From Antedon mediterranea (lineage: Eukaryota > Animalia > Echinodermata), in NCBI RefSeq assembly GCF_964355755.1, contig NC_092677.1, positions 11,554,101-11,618,100 on the forward strand: DNA of 64,000 bases, given 5' to 3'. How positions within the stretch are numbered: the stretch's first letter is position 1; each line of letters begins with the position of its first letter. The notes under the pieces are model-generated. The model was not told the DNA's origin. It made no database searches and worked only from the letters and a program-made list of their open reading frames with translations. Made by a program: the position numbers and the translations under genes. This document shows positions 56,899-64,000 of the stretch, piece by piece.

Positions 56899-58428
56899 TA
56901 TATATACAATAATAATAAAATAATAATAACAAATTTGTTTTATGTTGGTTATCATACCCCTTACAACCTAACACGAATCAGAAAGTAAAATATGATAAAG
57001 AACAATTATGGATTCCTTCCGAGTATCTTGAGAAGATTTAATTTATGTCGATTATCTTGCTACGTTAAAAAAGTAGGACAGGAATTGCCTAGACGGAGAC
57101 AATTTGAAATATAATATACAAAAGATAGTGGAAAACATAGTCATTATTTCACAAAACAAAACAATTAAATTATAATTAATCTAATCCCGGTAGATATAAG
57201 TGGCTCCATTGATACGGCGTTGGCCATGGCATTCGACACGGTATTACTAGAGCACTAAAAACTAAAGTAGGGTTGATAATTTACAGTATTATTAGGTCAA
57301 ATTATAAGCGCGTTCTTATGGAAAAATATACCGTTCTGATTCATCAGCTTAATCAATGAAAATAATCAAATCATTTTGTACAAAAAAAAAACACCAAAAG
57401 CTTTTCATCTTTGCAATTTAATAGTTAGGGAGAATATATAATTTGAATTCAGAGCGATTTTTTCTCGCTACAATGATGAATGGAATTCACGTGATTCCTG
57501 TACGATGTGACATGCGATATGGATAAATAATTATGATTAGGATGACGATAATGGCAGTCATAACAATAAATTTTACACGTTAAAATATAAGTCATTGCCA
57601 TGCAAGCCCGTATGTTTATATTTTATTTGTGTTTCGGTTATCGATCTTCCCACTTCATACAAACATATTTACCTTCTCTAAACACATCCAGACATCTATC
57701 TTTTCATTTACTGAATTTATTCATTTCATAGTAAATACAGGCTTAGGCATTTGAAAATAATTACAATACAGTACTTCAATTACAATTGAAGTACTGTATA
57801 TTATGTCTCACTCATAGTTACACCAAATATACAATATATTTCCTCCATGGTACAACAGGCCTGCAGATTGTAAAAGGTCGTACACGACATGGCTACTCCA
57901 TGTTCGCGATGAGCACACCTTTCTTCTCAGTGCATATCTAATTTATTATGCATGTTTCGATGGATGTTACTCGTTATCCAAACAATATTGTCGAATAATT
58001 TATAGCACAACACCATCTCCGTGGCAATTGATATTAATATCTTTTTATTCTAGTTATAATGAATGCAATACGCTCAGAATAATCATCATACTATCTCTTG
58101 GGTATTCACCGACCAAAGCGATAATCTCGCTAGATCAATTAATTTAAGAAAGAATATTTACCTCACACGATTAGGTACGAATCAGTGGTAATTATCAGCT
58201 TTCAGCAGCAGATCAATGATCTGTCCTTGTTTCACAGTAATACACTATTGAGAGTTATATAATATTTAATAGCACAATTAAACATGTAAAGCGATTTACA
58301 AGTTTGAAAAAAAAAACATTTTTTAAAAACCTGGCCTATAATCAGCCGGTTCTGCGGCTACCACTAGATAGAGTCTGACTGGCTATCGCAAGTCATCTAA
58401 GGTGTCTGAATGATGTACATGTACTGTA

Positions 58429-58437
58429 TATATAAAG
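58429..58437 (+). promoter_or_regulatory. Possible TATA box for the 59.8-kb gene
   Basis: tatataaag ~1.4 kb upstream of the ATG; a strong acceptor (tatttatttcag) at ~59171-59182 suggests a 5'UTR intron; unverified. Confidence 0.25.
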
Positions 58438-59813
58438 TAGTGCAGTCAATGTTGTGTATTCGCACTAAAGGTGATGCCACATTCAAGATTTGAACATACC
58501 ATGCACTACCTTAAGGTTAAATGGAACACAAGCTTAGTTTTTGGCGAACAATCTTTATGCTTATCGTTTACATACATCTATTAATTACTGTAATTCCAAC
58601 CTGAAACATATTCCCGAAGATCTGTAGTCTTTTCACGGTCTTGCCATGACTGTACATTAGTGTCTTCTAACAACAATGCCTTATTTCGAAATTGCTACTT
58701 AATAACGTCACTTGTGATTAGTACAAAACATGATATTTGAACAATAAAAAAAATATATAAGTCACAAATTTGTTTTTAATCTTTACTGAGCATGAATAAC
58801 TGATTAGGTTTACTCCACGTTTTTTAATTTCTGTCTATTATTGAATATGTTAAATACTATCTTTTTTCTCAAATTGAAATATTATTGCTAATGTTTTATT
58901 ATAGAATTATATAGAAAAACATTTATTTTGATTGTTATACGCCTAAATTTAATAGTTTTCGTATGTTTATCTCTTTTCCATCATGGGGGTATATATGAAT
59001 AAATTGATGAGATAACATAACTGTTTCTGTATAATATTATATTATATATATAACCTCTTGTATTAGCCTTCGATAATATGATGCTGAATAATTATGCATG
59101 TGATAACTGTATCGACTTAACAACACCTGTCGTACTACTGTAACAGCACGCTACTATTTAGTTTCACTGTTATTTATTTCAGGTTGATCCTACTACCTTT
59201 GACAATTGCTGATGATATGCGTTACAAGAATCAAGGAACGGTTCAGTGTCTGTATTTTTATATCCTGTTACCTATTATTGGATTTACACAGATTCACCTT
59301 TCTCACATAAATGTGCTTTACTAAAGACAACTAGCCAGTAACACTGATGAGGAAAATAATTTTGCTAGCAATTTACGGAATTACGGTTTTTATATCTGCA
59401 TAAATTGTTACGAACCGGCCGATATTATATTTATTACCGTTACAACCTGTTTGATATTCTAACGGCAGAATAAGAGTGATCACGCTGGAGTTCTGTTATA
59501 TATATATATATATATATACACGACTACGCTTCGCTTGTATGAACTTCGTTCAATATCAATGTCAATTTTATAAGATTTTGTCATAATTGACATTAATAGT
59601 GATCAACTCTCTGGGCGTGTATCATTTACACGTGTTCTGTATATTATTGTAGATCATATAACATTTCTTTTCTAATTGTCAGTTGAAATGACTTTCTGAA
59701 TATCTATTATTGGGAGTTGATGTGGTCAGGCTGAAAATGCAAACCTAATCTGCAAGTATTATTATTTAAGAGTGTATCTGGAAAATATACGAAATACATC
59801 GGTTTCTGCCACA

Positions 59814-60551
59814 ATGGATTATAATAGCGCGAACGTCATTATTTCTACTAACCAAATCAGCGTTAATGTTTCAGAAGTTCCTGAATCCGGTGAGATCGAG
59901 CAATCGGTATCTAACAGTCCCACAAACCAACAGAAAGTGTTTTTAAATTTAGATGTTGGAGCCACTACACGAATCCGACGTAAAAGTGCTCCGTCTCTTA
60001 CCAGTATTCAAGAATCACCAATAGAAACAAAATTGTGGAAACCTTTACTTTTTGCAGATGACATCAATAGACCACCAACACCGACTACAAGTAAGAACTT
60101 CCTTTCACGACCTTCAAATGTACGACTCCGAAGAGGATCGTGTCCGGCTATTCTAGAACCAATCAAAGAGGGACTTTTCAGTGAAGAAGACATACAAGCG
60201 ACTGTTAGAGCTGCTAGTCTGTCACCAAATCTTAACCGACAACGGCGAAAGAGCAGCGCGGATCAACCACAGGGAACGTTCTCCGAGTTTCAATATCGCG
60301 TACGAAGCAACTCCTCACCAGTTTCAATGGAATCGAAACCATTGCTCGCGGTGGAAACATTTTATCCCAGGCCTAGGCGAAACAGTTTAGGATGTTCCAC
60401 ATTGGATGAACTTAAAGGTCAATATAAACTTTTAGATTCCCGATCGAAGGTACAAGAAGAAGACGTCAATTTAGACAGTTCTTCTGCCTGTACTTTCAAA
60501 GTGTTAGAACCACCATCACTAGCAGCAATGACGCTATCGGGGTCTGTATAG
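59814..60551 (+). CDS. Uncharacterised 245-aa Ser/Pro/Arg-rich, probably disordered protein with multiple RRxS sites and two LxxIxE motifs; uninterrupted coding region
   Basis: 738-nt ORF, more GC-rich than its flanks and non-repetitive, with a strong Kozak context gccacaATGG at 59814. Motifs RRKSAPSLTSIQE, RRGSCPAILEPIKE, RRKSS, RSNSSP, RRNS. No recognised domain. Confidence 0.78.
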   Translation: MDYNSANVIISTNQISVNVSEVPESGEIEQSVSNSPTNQQKVFLNLDVGATTRIRRKSAPSLTSIQESPIETKLWKPLLFADDINRPPTPTTSKNFLSRPSNVRLRRGSCPAILEPIKEGLFSEEDIQATVRAASLSPNLNRQRRKSSADQPQGTFSEFQYRVRSNSSPVSMESKPLLAVETFYPRPRRNSLGCSTLDELKGQYKLLDSRSKVQEEDVNLDSSSACTFKVLEPPSLAAMTLSGSV

Positions 60552-62479
60552 AAGATAATTATTATAAATCATCGTGGTAAACTATTATCGGATAACAAGG
60601 AACTGTGAATAAAAATGGAAAGCTTTGCAGATGAATTGTTAAAATTAACACAAATTATTATTATAATATAAAGTTGTTGTATTAAACGTGTGTGTATACA
60701 TGGTCTTTAATATTATGTAACCCAACATATTTATTTTTTCACTGACGCTTTATTTTCGTAGCCTAATACTTGAAAACAATTACTAAGCTTGTTTTTTATT
60801 TGAACAATATCAAAATAAATTGAATTAAGTAAAGTTAGTTGCGCATACTATTTACTGTTTTCATGTAACATTTTGTACTGTATTCATAATATTATATCAA
60901 TTTTCAAAAATCATCTAGTATGCTAAATATTGTAAAAACAAAAACGTTATTTTTAAGCCTATTTTTATAATGAAACATTGCACAATACACGATGACACAA
61001 AATTAATATTTATATTAGTTTCAATGGTATAGAAATAATTGCAGTTTTCAATGTTCAGATAAGCGGTTGCCGGTGCTTGCTTGACGAAGCACTATGGAGG
61101 TTACATAAATTGATATCGGCAGAGTATACATTTTAGTTTTGTAAGTGTACTATTTTTAATGAAAGCAATTGTAATCGAAATGTCATTATCATTAAATGTT
61201 TCAATTGAAATCTGTTATGTTGTGTTTATTTTACTATCTTATTATTTCTTTCACTTCAGACGTCGTAATCATTTGAGAAGAAATTAGTTTGTTTTGATAC
61301 TGAAGTTTAAGTGTCTAAAATTACATTACAATAGTGATTAATGATGCTAACAGCACTTTCGGTAAACACGGTTTTTAGAATATATACACATTATAGATAC
61401 TGGGCCTGTTTCTGCTGAGCAGAAATAATCGATTATTAACCGTTTATTTTTTTAATCGATTATTTTTGGGCAGCAGACACGGCGCAAAATAAAATAACCA
61501 ATTAAAAATAACCGATTAAAAACACTCAATCCATTGCGTGTTTTAATCGATTATTTCTTGTTTTAACCGAGTATTGCGGAGCAGTTTTGAGCTGCAACAC
61601 AAATAGCGATTATTGACCTCACTTTGACCTCTAGAGTATGACAAACTTATTCACGTCACAAAGCATGCTGTTTATTATCAGCAAAACCACGATCGCGATG
61701 TAGACCGAATAACAATCAAATGTTAAACATTTGATTTTTATTATTTTGTGGGGAAGAATTATACCGAGAGACTCCAGGATTCTGTGTTACAAGTACACCC
61801 GTTACATACCACCGGTCCAGGCTAACGATGTTTTACATGTCATTTTTTAGGCCTGTTGTCTGTTGACTTGTTTCGGTAGAAATATAGCATAGGCCTAGCA
61901 GGCCGAAGGTAGAACCAACGAACAATTAGGCCATAATAAATAACAATATCAAGAATTTTATCTAAAACAAATATTTAAAATATTATCAATAATATTACTA
62001 ATAATATTGGTATGACTCAAATGTTTATTTTTAATTAGGCCTATCAGGTTTAAATTTCACCGCGCATTATCAACAAAATTATAATTTTGTGTTTACTAAG
62101 ACGGTGTGTATCCATGAGGTATCTGAACGGAATCTAAGACTGATGGGTAGTGTTGTTACGAAAGGTTTCCCTAGGGCTAATGTGAAGAATTAGGCTACCC
62201 AAGTCATGGATTGAATGGAAGGAGGTTATCAGTCACTAAACTAAACGGTTCACGTAAAAATATCGACTCTACTGCCGAAAAGTTTTAAATAATTATACAG
62301 TAGGCCTAGGCATACCTTTTTCTATTTCATGCTACGCAGATGAGTTTAAAACTAATTTGATAATTATTTCATATTGACAAACGAACACTGCTGGTTAAAT
62401 ATTGCCTTGTAGGCTTTCGTTTTTGATTGTTTTCATTAGATTGATTATGTACAGTAATTAATTAGTTTTTTTATGATCA

Positions 62480-62780
62480 CTGCATTCCTCCGCATACAAT
62501 TTGTCTGCAGAATTCTTGAATTGATATACGATTGATTTCTCTATCTAACGATTCCCAGTCAAAACAAAAGGTAGGCAGGCCTAATCTAGCGGCAATTGTA
62601 ATTACTACTGAAATGCGCAAGAGTGAAGAAATGTCGTTCAAATGAATCTTGATGTGCAGTCCATTACTTAACATTAGACGTACCAAGGCAAAACAACTGC
62701 CGCTCTTCGCCTTTTGTAAAAAGAAAACAATGTTGGCACACATCAAAATCCCCGCTAGTTGGAGCTAGTTAGGGAATAAT
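62480..62780 (-). pseudogene. Possible decayed hAT transposase C-terminal dimerisation domain
   Basis: FPN*LQLAGILM...(frameshift TKGEER)...LNDISSLLRISV loosely matches the FPNL..LA/ERxFS/LLRISV pattern; near a probable TIR start at ~61402. Confidence 0.35.
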
Positions 62781-64000
62781 AACAACGCATTAGAGATCTT
62801 AAATATAAGAGACACTAAAATAGACCATTATATACTATTGGCATTAGAACACTGGGGCTTTTGCTGTTAATGTATTTCAGACATATTTCCATGGATTGCC
62901 ATACGCGAATTTACCCACTGTCCACAGGCACACATAAATGCAAGATGCTCTTACATTAATTAACACAAATCTATTGGAGGGAGTGTTTTTTTTATGATAA
63001 AAAAATCCTGCCATCTGACGGGATTTGAACACATGATAACAAGATCGGTAGCCGAGCCTCTTATCATCAAAATACAACTCACTCTACTAATTGAAGGCTT
63101 GTTTGTAATTGGTTTCAATATTATATTACTGCAGCATCATAAATTCATTTATTTCATGTCAACACTTGCAAAGACATTCATTACTGTTCTGCAATGTAGT
63201 GATGTCTGCAATAACTGTAAACTATTACTTACCGTTGTTTACAGATCCTCTGGAGAATTGTCTTTAATAACTTGTACTGCTTTCTGTAAATGACAGGATA
63301 ATTTGATAAGTTGAATTGTGATGGCGCTAGTTACAACTGAGCATAGCATACCAATCCACCGGTAGAGCAATGGACGACGGGAACACACCCCACCGTATAC
63401 ATATTAATTAGTCCTAATCATGTATCATATTTCAACCTAAAACCACATTCTGATCATTACATTTTTGTATAATAAGTAGTACAGTTTTTTTTAACAATGT
63501 ACATACATTTAAATATATAGTGGGATCCGATACTGACAATTCTAGAGGGCAGCAGACTGAAATAGATACAAATCTATGTTTTTTAAAAAAACGATTACAG
63601 CGTATAATTGCCTAAACAAATGACATTACCGGTAAGAAAAAATTATCAGCTTTTGGATTTGAGTAAGGAGTTCAAAAACTTACAAACTGTGTTGAAAGAT
63701 AGATAGAAATAAGTTGAAATGTCAAATAGTTAAAGAGAGCAGCAGACAATTTTTATTTAATTATCTGCTGCCCTCTATAACTATTTGCCATTTACACTGA
63801 TCTCAGAATGATTTCTATTTAAAAAATAAATGGAATGTTATTAGTTAATTAAGATATGTCAATGAGGTAAAAAACCCAAGTAAAAGACATTTTTATTATT
63901 TTCTGATAAATGACAACATTGTCCACTAGCTTTTACCAACACTAGTGTAGCCCTCTCGCGATTTTATTTTTCGTACATAAGTTGAGGACCCCCTTCTGTG

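Overview
AT-rich (~70% AT by eye), intron-rich animal genomic DNA; there are no prokaryotic features and no CRISPR array. A Deu/Nin-domain SINE and the gene structures suggest an invertebrate, possibly a deuterostome (inference). Four protein-coding loci were found. (1) The first coding exon of an SLC7 light-chain amino-acid transporter (- strand, 3456-3957), with the rest of the gene outside the window. (2) A complete GLG1/MG-160/ESL-1 gene (- strand, 8230-37373), hand-assembled from 22 phase-consistent GT-AG exons (3630 nt, 1209 aa), plus candidate in-frame micro-exons. (3) A head-to-head 4-exon gene (+ strand, 38301-40548) encoding a 188-aa membrane-anchored Sel1-repeat protein. (4) An uninterrupted ORF (+ strand, 59814-60551) for a probably disordered protein with paired RRxSxP and LxxIxE motifs; this is the most novel-looking item. 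The rest is repeat-rich: a 3.7-kb Academ-like element with ~520-bp TIRs carrying a 30-bp minisatellite and a transposase remnant, several MITE families (Harbinger-, Kolobok-, Tc1/mariner- and hAT-like), a truncated L2/CR1-group LINE, RTE remnants, SINEs, a 54-bp satellite with a ~690-bp higher-order duplication, and 20-bp palindromes with 7-bp target duplications resembling P-element excision footprints. Everything was read by eye. No database searches were run, and repeat boundaries are approximate.
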